64,000 nucleotides of DNA from Candidatus Parabacteroides intestinigallinarum (GTDB lineage Bacteria > Bacteroidota > Bacteroidia > Bacteroidales > Tannerellaceae), in contig DXEN01000007.1 of NCBI GenBank assembly GCA_019114945.1, positions 1,386 to 65,385 of the forward strand, written 5' to 3'. The notes under the pieces are model-generated. The model did no database searches, was not told the origin of the DNA, and saw only the letters and a list, made by a program, of their open reading frames with translations. The stretch's first letter is position 1. Each line of letters opens with the position of its first letter. Positions 8,057 to 17,967 of the stretch are shown here, in pieces. A program made the translations under genes and the position numbers.

Positions 8057-10117
8057 TCAAATTTGAATCCTCTTGATCGCTTCCGCCAGTTGCTCGTCGG
8101 TCAGTTCGCTGCCATACGTGGCGTAGTCCATGCGGAACGTGCAGCCGTTCTTGTATTCCGAGCAGCCGTAAGCGCTTTTCCCCCGCAGGATCGTTCCCTT
8201 GTGGCACAACGGGCAGACAAGGCGGTTCGTCTCCGTAGGTTCGCCTTGTGCTTGTGGAGTGCGTGTTTTTCGTGCTTTCCGTTCTTTTTTCTCCTTGGGC
8301 GCCGTTTCTTTCGTCGCGGCGTTCTCGATGGTGATAGACCGTCCGGTCTGGTCGGAAAGAACATTTAGCACGATTTGGTTGACCATTTGCTTCAACTCGT
8401 CCAGGAACGCGTGCGCCTCGTAGGTCCCGCGTTCGATTTGCCGGAGTTTTTTCTCCCATAAACCGGTCAGCTCGGCGCTTTTTAGCAGTTCCTCGTGAAT
8501 CGTGCCAATCAGTTCCGTGCCGGTAGCGGTGGGGAAGAGGTTCTTGCGCTCTTTCCGGATATAATTACGTTTGAATAGCGTCTCGATAATCGCCGCCCGG
8601 GTCGATGGCCGGCCGATGCCGTTCTCCTTTAGGGCGTCGCGCAGCTCGTCGTCGTCCACCAATTTGCCGGCGGTTTCCATCGCCCGTAGCAAGGTCGCCT
8701 CGGTATAGGGTTTGGGCGGTTGCGTCCATGTCTCTTTCAAGAGCGGTTCGTGCGGGCCGCTCTCGCCTTTCTCGAAATCGGGCAATACGCTCTCCTCCTC
8801 GTTCGGTTCGCTGTCCGGCTCTTTCCGTTCGGTGCCGAACACGACCCGCCATCCCGGTTTTAGTATCTGTTTGCCCGTCGCCTTGAACTCCACTTTATCC
8901 ACCCGGCCCATCACGGTCGTCGTAGCGATCTCGCAATCCGGATAGAAGGCGGCGATAAAGCGGCGGGTCACCAAATCGTATACCAGTCGCTCGCGTTCCG
9001 AGAGCGCCCGGGCGGGAACGCCGGTTGGGATGATGGCGTGGTGGTCGGTCACCTTCGAGTTGTCGAACACTCGCTTGTTCTTGGGCAGCTTGCCTGCTGA
9101 TAGGAGCGGGGCGGTCAGTTCCGTATAATCCACCAGCCCTTTCAACGTGTTCGGCACCTTCGGGTAGATGTCGTCGCTCAGGAAAGTAGTGTCCACGCGC
9201 GGATAGGTGGTCAACTTCTTCTCGTACAACGCTTGAATCAGTTTCAGCGTATCGTCGGCGGTGAAGGCGTATTTCTTGTTGCATTCCACTTGCAGCGAGG
9301 TCAAGTCGAAGAGACGCGGGGCGTACTCGCGTCCTTTCTTTTTCGTGATGTCGGTAACGGTGAAATCCTGTTCCTTCACTTTCGCCAAGAAGTCCTCTCC
9401 GTCCTCTTTCCGCGAGAATTTCCCTTTCGTGGAGGAGAAGGTGGTGCCTCGGTAGCGTGTCTTCAGCTCCCAGTAAGGCTCCGGCTTGAAATGGTCGATC
9501 TCGGCCTGCCGGTTTACGATTAACGCCAAGGTGGGCGTTTGTACGCGGCCGATGGAGAGCACTTGCCGGTTTTGCCCGTAGCGCAAGGTGTAGAGCCGGG
9601 TGGCATTCATGCCGAGCAGCCAGTCGCCGATCGCCCGCGACAGCCCCGCCTCGTATAGCTTGTCGAACGCCGCCTGTTCCCGTAAGTTCTGGAACCCTTC
9701 GCGGATCGCCTCCTCGGTCAGCGAGGAAATCCAAAGGCGGTAGACGGGGCATTTGCAGCCCGCCTTGAGCATCACCCAGCGTTGGATCAACTCGCCCTCC
9801 TGTCCGGCATCGCCACAATTGATAACCATCTCGGCGTCGCGCATCAGTCCCTCGATAATCCGGAACTGTTGCTCGTAAGTGGGGTTCTCGATCAGTTTGA
9901 TCCCGAAGCGGGGCGGTATCATGGGAAGCGCCCCCAGGCTCCAGCGTTTCCAGCTATCGGCATACTCGTGCGGCTCCTTTAGGGTGCACAGGTGCCCGAA
10001 GGTCCAAGTCACTTGGTATCCGTTTCCTTCCATATAGCCATTCTTCCGGGCGGTCGCTCCTAATACTTCCGCGATCTCCCGTGCCACGCTGGGTTTCTCG
10101 GCGACGCAAACTTTCAT
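8057..10117 (-). CDS. topB: DNA topoisomerase III
   Basis: AEKPSVA, DAGQEGELI, GRVQTPTL, TYPRVD and GIGRPSTRA motifs. Start set at MKVCV. Confidence 0.93.
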   Translation of the reverse strand: MKVCVAEKPSVAREIAEVLGATARKNGYMEGNGYQVTWTFGHLCTLKEPHEYADSWKRWSLGALPMIPPRFGIKLIENPTYEQQFRIIEGLMRDAEMVINCGDAGQEGELIQRWVMLKAGCKCPVYRLWISSLTEEAIREGFQNLREQAAFDKLYEAGLSRAIGDWLLGMNATRLYTLRYGQNRQVLSIGRVQTPTLALIVNRQAEIDHFKPEPYWELKTRYRGTTFSSTKGKFSRKEDGEDFLAKVKEQDFTVTDITKKKGREYAPRLFDLTSLQVECNKKYAFTADDTLKLIQALYEKKLTTYPRVDTTFLSDDIYPKVPNTLKGLVDYTELTAPLLSAGKLPKNKRVFDNSKVTDHHAIIPTGVPARALSERERLVYDLVTRRFIAAFYPDCEIATTTVMGRVDKVEFKATGKQILKPGWRVVFGTERKEPDSEPNEEESVLPDFEKGESGPHEPLLKETWTQPPKPYTEATLLRAMETAGKLVDDDELRDALKENGIGRPSTRAAIIETLFKRNYIRKERKNLFPTATGTELIGTIHEELLKSAELTGLWEKKLRQIERGTYEAHAFLDELKQMVNQIVLNVLSDQTGRSITIENAATKETAPKEKKERKARKTRTPQAQGEPTETNRLVCPLCHKGTILRGKSAYGCSEYKNGCTFRMDYATYGSELTDEQLAEAIKRIQI

Positions 10118-10244
10118 CGATTCGTTTCTCCTTATTATATATAGTTCGATTGAACGGACAAAATTACGAGATTTGTGGATAGGAGACAAGTGTAGTTTTG
10201 AGAAAGAATCAATATCTTTGTGGGAAAATGCAGGAGGGAAGAAG

Positions 10245-10544
10245 ATGAATTTCTTGACGAATTATTTATCTGGTATTTTCGCTTTGTGTAAAAAACACAG
10301 AGTCCGTAAGTTATTTGCCTTTGGTTCAGTGCTGACAGACCGTTTTACGGCAGAAAGTGACGTTGATTTGGTCGTAGACTTTGAGAATATGCCGGTAGAG
10401 GACTATGCGGATAATTATTTTAGTTTGAAAGACGCTTTATCTGGCATCCTCCATAGGAATATTGATTTATTGGAAGATAAAGCTATCCGTAATCCAATAC
10501 TTCGTAAGCGGATTGATAATTCAAAGCAGTTGATTTATGGATGA
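10245..10544 (+). CDS. Minimal nucleotidyltransferase (MntA-type antitoxin)
   Basis: GS-X10-DXD motif (FGSVLTDRFTAESDVD). TATCTTTG box at 10213-10220. Overlaps the HEPN gene. Confidence 0.88.
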   Translation: MNFLTNYLSGIFALCKKHRVRKLFAFGSVLTDRFTAESDVDLVVDFENMPVEDYADNYFSLKDALSGILHRNIDLLEDKAIRNPILRKRIDNSKQLIYG

Positions 10545-10887
10545 ATATGTTGAGAAATATTTGTATGACGTGCTTAATGCCATAGAGGAGATAGAGACTT
10601 TTTTTAAGGGGCAGCCTAAGCGTTTTGAGAATTTCCAGAAAGACATTCTTCGGCAAAGAGCAGTTGAGCGTAATGTGGAGATTATGGGAGAAGCCATCAA
10701 TCGGATACTTAAATCGGAAGGTTCTTTTCCTTTACCTAACGCGAAAGCTATTATCAATACTAGGAATAGAGTGATTCATGGCTATGATAGCGTAACGACC
10801 GAATTTCTTTGGGGGCTTGTGGTAAAGCATATTCCCGCTTTAAAAAGAGATGTGTTGGAGATTTTGAATAGCAAAGCGCGAGAATAA
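10537..10887 (+). CDS. HEPN/DUF86 RNase toxin (HepT-type)
   Basis: RX4H motif RNRVIH followed by GY, plus AVER..EIMGEA. Confidence 0.88.
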   Translation: MDEYVEKYLYDVLNAIEEIETFFKGQPKRFENFQKDILRQRAVERNVEIMGEAINRILKSEGSFPLPNAKAIINTRNRVIHGYDSVTTEFLWGLVVKHIPALKRDVLEILNSKARE

Positions 10888-11032
10888 CTCGTTATGCTTT
10901 AATGAAAATCGATTTCTTTTCGGGAGGAAGTCCGTGCTTTTGAAGGAAAACATAGCTTTGTCCGTAGGTTTATCGTTTTTTCGTTATATTTGCCGGAGTA
11001 AGATTACGAATACTAAATATAATAATAGGATT

Positions 11033-11635
11033 ATGTTCTCAGGAATAGTAGAGGAAGCGGCCGAGGTGGTGGCCCTTCAATCGGATAAAGGAAATCTCCA
11101 CCTGACGATGCGGTGCTCGTTCGTGAATGAGTTGAAAATAGACCAAAGCGTGGCGCATAACGGCGTGTGTCTGACGGTGGTGAGCATGACGGACGATACC
11201 TATACGGTGACCGCTATCAAGGAGACGTTGGAACGCTCGAATTTGGGTTGTTTGAAAGTAGGGGATAAGGTGAACTTGGAGCGTAGCATGTTGATGAACG
11301 GACGGCTGGACGGACATATCGTGCAAGGGCACGTCGACCAGACCGCCGTCTGTACCGAGGTGCGCGAGGCGGATGGAAGCTGGTACTACACGTTCGAGTA
11401 CGCGTTCGATAAAGAAAAGGCCCGGCAAGGTTACATGACCGTGGAGAAGGGTTCCGTGTGCGTGAACGGCGTGAGCCTGACGGTTTGCAATTCCCGGGAT
11501 AATAGCTTCCAGGTAGCGATCATCCCTTATACGCACGATAATACGAATTTTTGCCAAATCGCGAAAGGAACGGTCGTGAATCTGGAGTTCGATATCGTAG
11601 GGAAGTATATCAGCAAGATGATGCGATACGAATAG
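11033..11635 (+). CDS. ribE: Riboflavin synthase alpha subunit
   Basis: MFSGIVE N-terminus, NGVCLTV, VNLER, GHIVQGHVD and VNLEFD. TATATTTG box upstream. Confidence 0.95.
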   Translation: MFSGIVEEAAEVVALQSDKGNLHLTMRCSFVNELKIDQSVAHNGVCLTVVSMTDDTYTVTAIKETLERSNLGCLKVGDKVNLERSMLMNGRLDGHIVQGHVDQTAVCTEVREADGSWYYTFEYAFDKEKARQGYMTVEKGSVCVNGVSLTVCNSRDNSFQVAIIPYTHDNTNFCQIAKGTVVNLEFDIVGKYISKMMRYE

Positions 11636-11681
11636 GCTGACGGCTCGGAGGCGAATAGGAAGGATGGCACATCCTCCTCTT

Positions 11682-11769
11682 TTTTCCTTCGAAGGGAATT
11701 TCATTTTCTTCCGAAAGAAAATCAATTTTCCTTCGGAAGAAATTTTATTTTCCTTCGGACAAAATAAAA
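11682..11769. repeat. Four degenerate 22-bp tandem units (ttttccttc-ggaagaaatttta type)
   Basis: Units start at 11682, 11704, 11726 and 11748. Confidence 0.75.
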
Positions 11770-11868
11770 GTGCGATTTAAATATATTTTCATCGGAAGGG
11801 ACGCGGATTGGTATATTTGTTGTAGCTTCCTTATCCAAGGAAAGAAGATAGAAAGAAAGGGAGGAAAT

Positions 11869-12777
11869 ATGGCATATATTGATTATTACAACATTTTGGG
11901 GGTGAGCAAGGACGCCTCGCAGGACGATATCAAGAAGGCCTATAAGAAGCTGGCCCGAAAGTATCATCCCGACTTGAACCCGGACGATCCTGAGGCGCAG
12001 CGGAAGTTTCAGGCGATCAACGAGGCGAACGAGGTGCTGGGCGATCCGGAGAAACGTAAGAAATACGATCAGTATGGCGAGAACTGGAAGCACGCCGAGG
12101 AGTTCGAGGCGCAGCGGAACCAGCAGCAAAGCCAGCGGGGCGGAGGTTTCGGCGGCTTCTCGAACGATGGCGAGACGTATTGGTCCGCTTCAAGCGACGG
12201 TGGCGAGTTCTCGGATTTCTTCGAGTCGTTGTTCGGGTCGCGGCGCGGCCGGCGCTCCTCGTATGGTTTTCGGGGACAGGATTACACGGCGGAGTTGCGC
12301 TTGACGTTGCGCGAGGCGGCCCAGACGCATAAACAGGTGATTACCGTGAACGGAAAGAACCTGCGTATCACCGTGCCGGCGGGCGTGGCGAACGGGCAGA
12401 CCATTAAATTGAGAGGACAAGGCGGACCGGGCGCGAATGGCGGGCCGGATGGCGATTTGTTCATCACGTTCGTCATTCCGGATGATGAGCGTTTCAAGCG
12501 GGTAGGCGATGATTTGTACCTGACCGTCCCGCTGGATTTGTACACGGCTATCTTGGGTGGCGAGCAGGTCATCGACACGATGGATGGCAAGGTGCGGTTG
12601 AAGGTGAAACCGGGTACGCAAAACAACAGCAAGGTGCGGCTGAAAGGGAAAGGATTCCCCGTCTATAAACAAGAGGGACAGTTCGGCGACTTGATTGTTA
12701 CCTATTCGATTGACATCCCGACGAATTTGACGGAAAAGCAGAGGGAACTGTTCCGGGAAATACAAAGTCTCAATTAA
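11869..12777 (+). CDS. cbpA: DnaJ-class co-chaperone / curved DNA-binding protein
   Basis: J-domain with HPD, G/F linker and DnaJ C-terminal domain, no zinc finger. Start MAYIDYY. Confidence 0.88.
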   Translation: MAYIDYYNILGVSKDASQDDIKKAYKKLARKYHPDLNPDDPEAQRKFQAINEANEVLGDPEKRKKYDQYGENWKHAEEFEAQRNQQQSQRGGGFGGFSNDGETYWSASSDGGEFSDFFESLFGSRRGRRSSYGFRGQDYTAELRLTLREAAQTHKQVITVNGKNLRITVPAGVANGQTIKLRGQGGPGANGGPDGDLFITFVIPDDERFKRVGDDLYLTVPLDLYTAILGGEQVIDTMDGKVRLKVKPGTQNNSKVRLKGKGFPVYKQEGQFGDLIVTYSIDIPTNLTEKQRELFREIQSLN

Positions 12778-12788
12778 AAACGTGGATT

Positions 12789-13118
12789 ATGCGAACAGAT
12801 TTAGTGATTGTCAGTGAATACTGCCAAAAATGTCATATAGATCCCTCGTTTATCGGATTGTTGCAAGAGGGAGGATTGATTGATACGCCATGCGTTGAGG
12901 AGGGCGAGCGCTATTTGTTTACCTCGCAATTGCGCGACATCGAGCGATATGCCCGTCTGTATTACGATTTATCCATTAATATAGAGGGGATTGAGGCCAT
13001 TCATCACTTGTTGGATCGGATGAGCGGTTTGCGAGAGGAGGTGCGGACGTTGCGTAGCAGGCTGCGGCTCTATGAGCCTTGGGATCAAGACGTTTACGAT
13101 GCGGAGGATGTTTTTTAA
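12789..13118 (+). CDS. cbpM: Chaperone modulator CbpM (MerR-like)
   Basis: Follows cbpA. RL..DL.INIEGI.AI..LL motif. Confidence 0.8.
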   Translation: MRTDLVIVSEYCQKCHIDPSFIGLLQEGGLIDTPCVEEGERYLFTSQLRDIERYARLYYDLSINIEGIEAIHHLLDRMSGLREEVRTLRSRLRLYEPWDQDVYDAEDVF

Positions 13119-13214
13119 CTTAAAATAAGCCGAATAAGTTGGCGGAACGTTTGGAAATATAGAACATTCTTCCTACCTTCGCGGTGCGATTCGGGAAAAG
13201 AATCGATAATACAT

Positions 13215-13286
<72 letters not shown>

Positions 13287-13457
13287 CATGCGAAAGGGGT
13301 TGTGTAATGATGATACACAACCTCTTTTTTTGCCCGTTTGGGCATCCTTATAGTTTTTATAAATCACCCTATAAAATAAATCTATCGAAAAAAAGGACGC
13401 GATTCAAATACTATCCGTATCTTTGTGGTGACAAACAACCAATAAAATTGCGATATT

Positions 13458-14009
13458 ATGAAGAAGAAATGGATTTGCACAGTATGTGGATATGTACACG
13501 AGGGAGATGAGGCTCCTGATTTTTGTCCTCAATGTAAACAACCGAAAAGCAAGTTCAAGGAGTTGGTAGAGACCGAGGGTGCTTTGCAATTCGCTGACGA
13601 GCATGTGTTAGGCGTAGCTAAGGGTGTAGACCCCGTAATCTTGGAAGGTTTGAACGCTCATTTCATGGGCGAGTGCACCGAGGTGGGTATGTACTTGGCG
13701 ATGAGCCGTCAGGCCGACCGCGAGGGATATCCCGAGGTAGCCGAGGCTTTCAAGCGTTACGCTTGGGAAGAGGCCGAGCACGCCGCTAAGTTCGCTGAGC
13801 TTTTAGGTGATGTGGTTTGGGATACGAAGACAAACTTGAAGAAGCGCATGGAGGCCGAGGCTGGCGCGTGCGAGGATAAGAAGCGCATCGCTACGTTGGC
13901 TAAGCAACAGAATCTGGACGCTATCCACGACACGGTTCACGAGATGGCGAAAGACGAGGCTCGCCATGGCAAGGGCTTCGAGGGCTTATACAACCGTTAC
14001 TTCAAGTAA
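13458..14009 (+). CDS. rbr: Reverse rubrerythrin (N-terminal rubredoxin domain)
   Basis: CTVCG...CPQC, then the diiron ligands E..E, EE.EH and DE.RH. Confidence 0.9.
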   Translation: MKKKWICTVCGYVHEGDEAPDFCPQCKQPKSKFKELVETEGALQFADEHVLGVAKGVDPVILEGLNAHFMGECTEVGMYLAMSRQADREGYPEVAEAFKRYAWEEAEHAAKFAELLGDVVWDTKTNLKKRMEAEAGACEDKKRIATLAKQQNLDAIHDTVHEMAKDEARHGKGFEGLYNRYFK

Positions 14010-14150
14010 TCGGGTATAGCGTATATCTTTGCGAAAGAGGGCATTCCCTTTCTGGAGTGCCCTCTTTTTATGGAAGGAAATAAAAAAATCGTCTTTAAAG
14101 GAACAACATAAATATATTTTGCGTACCTTCGCGGGCGATTCCTTCGATAA

Positions 14151-14237
14151 GGAAAGATGCCGGAGTGGTCGATCGGGCCGCACTCGAAATGCGGTGAACG
14201 GGCAACTGTTCCCAGGGTTCGAATCCCTGTCTTTCCG
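14151..14237 (+). tRNA. tRNA-Ser (CGA)
   Basis: GGAAAGA/TCTTTCC acceptor stem, anticodon arm CCGCA-CTCGAAA-TGCGG, long variable arm and GGTTCGAATCC. Confidence 0.95.
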
Positions 14238-14269
14238 CTAAACATACTGGATGGAAATGCTCAGTAAAC

Positions 14270-14431
14270 GGGCAAAAAGCTACAAGTCGTTGATTTGTGG
14301 CTTTTTTTATTGCCCAAAAGCTCCAATCTCCAAGACTTCAAAAGTACCGAACAAGACAGGGCTACGTTACTAAATCGTTACCTATTCGCCACCGGACAAA
14401 AGCGGTAACATTATATAGAGTCTGCGGTAAC
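14270..14431. mobile_element. Possible remnant end of a tRNA-integrating element, with no integrase
   Basis: Hairpin after tRNA-Ser, then CGTTAC twice (14365, 14376) and GCGGTAAC twice (14402, 14424). This resembles arm-type-site arrays that precede tyrosine integrases in Bacteroidales elements. Confidence 0.4.
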
Positions 14432-14624
14432 TGATTCTATAGACGTTCCAGAGGAAGTTGAAATGTTAATATTAAATCTTGTATAGGAAAAGTTCCGATA
14501 GGTTTTGTCTTTTGTATCTGTGAATAGGCGATTTATATCTGTAAGACAGCGCTGAGCCTATAAAAATATCATTTTTTCACAAAAAGAAACTTGTGGTTTT
14601 AAAGGTACATTCATAAAGTTGTTA

Positions 14625-14632
14625 TATATTTG
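14625..14632 (+). promoter_or_regulatory. Bacteroidetes sigmaA -7 box (TATATTTG), fixed promoter for the susC switch
   Basis: Matches TAnnTTTG, ~55 bp upstream of the left inverted repeat. The -33 box is not clear. Confidence 0.7.
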
Positions 14633-14685
14633 CGGTGTCTTCCGTGAAGAAGGCGCTATTTAAGAGGAGTGAACCATGAATGGCA

Positions 14686-14707
14686 CCGAAGTTCCGCCGG
14701 AACTACG
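14686..14707 (+). repeat. Left inverted repeat / putative invertase site CCGAAGTTCCGCCGGAACTACG
   Basis: Exact reverse complement of 26315-26336. The core at 14690-14704 fits AGTYYYN4GDACT. Confidence 0.85.
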
Positions 14708-14775
14708 CCATCGGAAAGAAATAAATTACATGCATAATGTAAGAATCTAAACTAAAAATTAAAAACAAAAGCGAA

Positions 14776-17700
14776 ATGACAAAGAATGAAACTAAGCTAT
14801 TGTCCCTGCGTGGGATAGCGAAAGCCTCAGCGTTCTGTTTGCTGTTTTCCGCTTTCTCTGTAAACGCCGCCCAGGCTGTCCCTACCTCAACGGGTACGGT
14901 CGATGAGGTCCAGGTGGTACAGCAAGGAAAGAAAGTGACAGGAGTTGTGTTGGACGGGGCAGGAATCCCTGTTATTGGTGCGAATGTGATCGTGAAGGGT
15001 ACGACGAACGGAACGATCACGGACTTCGACGGAAACTTCGCGATCGAGGATGTTCCCGCCGATGGTGTTTTGGTGGTATCCTACATTGGCTACCTGTCGC
15101 AGGAGATTCCTGTAGGCAACCAGTCGACGATCAACGTGACCTTGAAGGAGGACACGCAAGCCTTGGATGAGGTGGTGGTCGTTGGTTACGGTACGATGCG
15201 TAAGTCGGACGTAACGGGATCTATCTCAACCGCGAAAGGTGAGGATATGTTGAAAGCCCAGAACTTTAGCGCCTTGGATAACTTGCGTGGTAAGGCTGCC
15301 GGTGTAAACATCTTCTCGAACTCCAGCCAGCCGGGCGCGTACGGTAGCCGCGTCGTGATCCGTGGTCAGGCTACGATCAACGCTTCTTCGGATCCGTTGT
15401 ACGTGGTAGATGGCGTGGTGATGGAGAACTTCTATTTGATGAACCCGAACGATATTGAGTCGATGGAGGTATTGAAGGATGCTTCCGCTACCGCTATTTA
15501 CGGTGCTCGTGGTGCGAACGGTGTCATCATGGTAACGACCAAGCGTGGTAAGAAAGACGGCGAGGGCGTGCAAGTCAGCTACTCGGGTTCTGTCAGCTTG
15601 GCAAACCGTGCCCGTAAGATGGACGCTATGAACGCTCAGGAATGGTGCGACGCATTCATGACTGGTATCGAGAACGAGAACCGTTGGGGTGGCTTTAATT
15701 GGTCGACCGATCGTAGCTACTGGTTCTCTGATCGTCGTTTCTTCGACGCGAACGGTAATCCGTTGTACGATACCGATTGGCAGGACGAGTCTACCCGGAC
15801 GGCTATCTCGCACAACCACCAGTTGAACATCCAGCAGGCCGGTGAGAAATCGTCGATGGGTGCTTTCTTGAACTACACGGACAATCAGGGTATCATGTTG
15901 AATACCTACTCCAAACGTTTGAACGCCAAGATCGCTTACGATGCCGATCCGACGAAATGGTTGTCTACCTCGGTGAACTTATCCGTAAACCATACGTGGG
16001 GCAACTCCACACCTGAGGACGGTGGTGGCCAGGACGCTCGTCGTACCATGATCGAGTTCGTGCCTTGGATGCCGGTTTACTACGATGGCGTGGCTACTTC
16101 TACGAATACGCCGCAGGGCATGCCGATGGACTTCGAGGCGATGTCTAACCCGGTTCATATTTTGAATAACTACAAGAATATGAACTACAACACGAAGATT
16201 TTCGGTAACGCCGCCTTGACATTCCACATCATCGAAGGTTTGGACTTGAAGACCCAGTTCGGTATCGACGCCAACTTCAAGACGTTGCATAAATATATGC
16301 CGAGTGATTTGGTTAACTTGGCATACGACCAACGCGGCCGCGCCGAGCGTTATCACGCCAATACGTTGTATTGGCAGGAGGAGACTTACTTGACCTACAA
16401 CAAGAGCTGGGAGGATCACCGTTTGAACGCGATGGCCGGTCTCTCTTGGCAGGAGCGTAAGTACGACTACTCCCGGATGTACACGCAGAATTTCCCGACG
16501 GATATTTATCAAGACTTTAACATGGGTGCCGGTACAGTGCCCAATCCCCCAACGACATACTGGGAGCGCTGGGCGATGAACTCATACTTCTTGCGTTTGG
16601 CTTATACTTATAAGGATCGCTACTCCGCTACGGTAACGGGTCGTTACGATGGTTCCTCGAAGTTCGGTGAGAACAACAAATACGCGTTCTTCCCGTCGGC
16701 CGGTTTGGCATGGAACATCACGCAAGAGGATTTCATGGCTGAGCAGAACACGATTAGCAACTTGAAGTTGCACACCAGCTACGGTTTGACCGGTAACTCC
16801 GAGATCGGTGTCTACAACTCGTTGGCAACTATCTCGACCGGAACGATGTTGTTGGATGGAAACCGTACTTCTTACTCGTATTTGGGCACGCTGCCGAACT
16901 CCGATTTGAAATGGGAGAAGACCGCTCAGTTCGATATAGGTTTCGATTTAGGTTTGTTCCAGAACCGCATCTCGTTGGACGCTTCTTACTATAATAAGAA
17001 AACGACCGACTTGTTGTTGGATTCTCCGGTTCCGCATACGACCGGTTTCACCACCATCTACCGGAACATTGGATCGATCCGTAACCAAGGTTTGGATTTG
17101 ATGTTGACAACACGTAATATCGAGACGAAAGACTTCTCGTGGACAACGACCATCAACGCCAACTACAACAAGAACAAGATTCTTTCTCTCGGTGAGAACG
17201 ACGAGGATATCTTGAAGAACGAGTGGGTGAACGGTGCCTCTATCTTGCGTGTGGGCGAGAGCGTAGGTAGCTTCTATGGTTACAAACGTTACGGCGTTTA
17301 TACGGAGGAGGATTACAAGAACGGCGATTGCGAGCAGAACCAGATCGGCCGTGCGAAACGTTCGTCCGAGCGCGAGATTATCGGTAAGGGTGTGCCCGAT
17401 TGGACAGGTTCTATGATCAACACCTTGCGTTGGAAGAACTGGGACTTCACGTTGGATTTACAGTTCGTGGCAGGCGTAGAGACGTTGCAACAGTTCTACC
17501 ACTCTACATACGACCGCTTCGGTATGACCAATGGTTTGACGGACATCCTGTATGACGCGTACGATCCGGTAAAAAATCCGAACACGATGCAGCAGGCTAT
17601 CTGGTTGTTCAACGGTGGTCACGCCGGTCAGGATACGATGACCGACTCGCAATGGGTGGCGAATGGTTCTTACCTGCGCGCCAACTTAATCCAGTTGGGT

Positions 17701-17940
17701 TACACATTCGACTCCTCGCAGTTGGAGAAGACGCCGTTTAGCAGCTTGCGTATTTACTTCAACGTAAACAACGCCTTCTTGATCACCTCGAAAGACTTCA
17801 ACGGATATGATCCGGAGGCAACCTCTCAGATCGATACCAGCAACGGTGTGGTATCCGCCGCTCAGTTCGGTCAGAACATGGCCTTCTTCTCGTATCCGAG
17901 AGCGAGAACGTTTACGTTAGGTGTCAATGTAGCATTTTAA
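14776..17940 (+). CDS. SusC/RagA TonB-dependent transporter (susC1)
   Basis: Signal peptide, CarboxypepD-like domain, plug (PLYVVDG, DIESMEVLKDASATAIYGARGANGVI) and C-terminal YP.ARTFTLGVNVAF. Confidence 0.95.
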   Translation: MTKNETKLLSLRGIAKASAFCLLFSAFSVNAAQAVPTSTGTVDEVQVVQQGKKVTGVVLDGAGIPVIGANVIVKGTTNGTITDFDGNFAIEDVPADGVLVVSYIGYLSQEIPVGNQSTINVTLKEDTQALDEVVVVGYGTMRKSDVTGSISTAKGEDMLKAQNFSALDNLRGKAAGVNIFSNSSQPGAYGSRVVIRGQATINASSDPLYVVDGVVMENFYLMNPNDIESMEVLKDASATAIYGARGANGVIMVTTKRGKKDGEGVQVSYSGSVSLANRARKMDAMNAQEWCDAFMTGIENENRWGGFNWSTDRSYWFSDRRFFDANGNPLYDTDWQDESTRTAISHNHQLNIQQAGEKSSMGAFLNYTDNQGIMLNTYSKRLNAKIAYDADPTKWLSTSVNLSVNHTWGNSTPEDGGGQDARRTMIEFVPWMPVYYDGVATSTNTPQGMPMDFEAMSNPVHILNNYKNMNYNTKIFGNAALTFHIIEGLDLKTQFGIDANFKTLHKYMPSDLVNLAYDQRGRAERYHANTLYWQEETYLTYNKSWEDHRLNAMAGLSWQERKYDYSRMYTQNFPTDIYQDFNMGAGTVPNPPTTYWERWAMNSYFLRLAYTYKDRYSATVTGRYDGSSKFGENNKYAFFPSAGLAWNITQEDFMAEQNTISNLKLHTSYGLTGNSEIGVYNSLATISTGTMLLDGNRTSYSYLGTLPNSDLKWEKTAQFDIGFDLGLFQNRISLDASYYNKKTTDLLLDSPVPHTTGFTTIYRNIGSIRNQGLDLMLTTRNIETKDFSWTTTINANYNKNKILSLGENDEDILKNEWVNGASILRVGESVGSFYGYKRYGVYTEEDYKNGDCEQNQIGRAKRSSEREIIGKGVPDWTGSMINTLRWKNWDFTLDLQFVAGVETLQQFYHSTYDRFGMTNGLTDILYDAYDPVKNPNTMQQAIWLFNGGHAGQDTMTDSQWVANGSYLRANLIQLGYTFDSSQLEKTPFSSLRIYFNVNNAFLITSKDFNGYDPEATSQIDTSNGVVSAAQFGQNMAFFSYPRARTFTLGVNVAF

Positions 17941-17967
17941 TTAACTTAAATTATTTAGCAAAAAACG

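Noticed and set aside
10934-11032. Upstream extensions in the ORF track (ribE 10934, cbpA 11770, ugd 51144, topB 10189, upxY 47006)
   Set aside because: The extensions cover promoter boxes or repeats and have no homologous content, so downstream ATGs were chosen.
14365-14431. GTTAC-N7-GTAAC-type invertase site
   Set aside because: The spacings do not fit: the GTTAC copies are direct repeats and the GTAAC copies are too far away.
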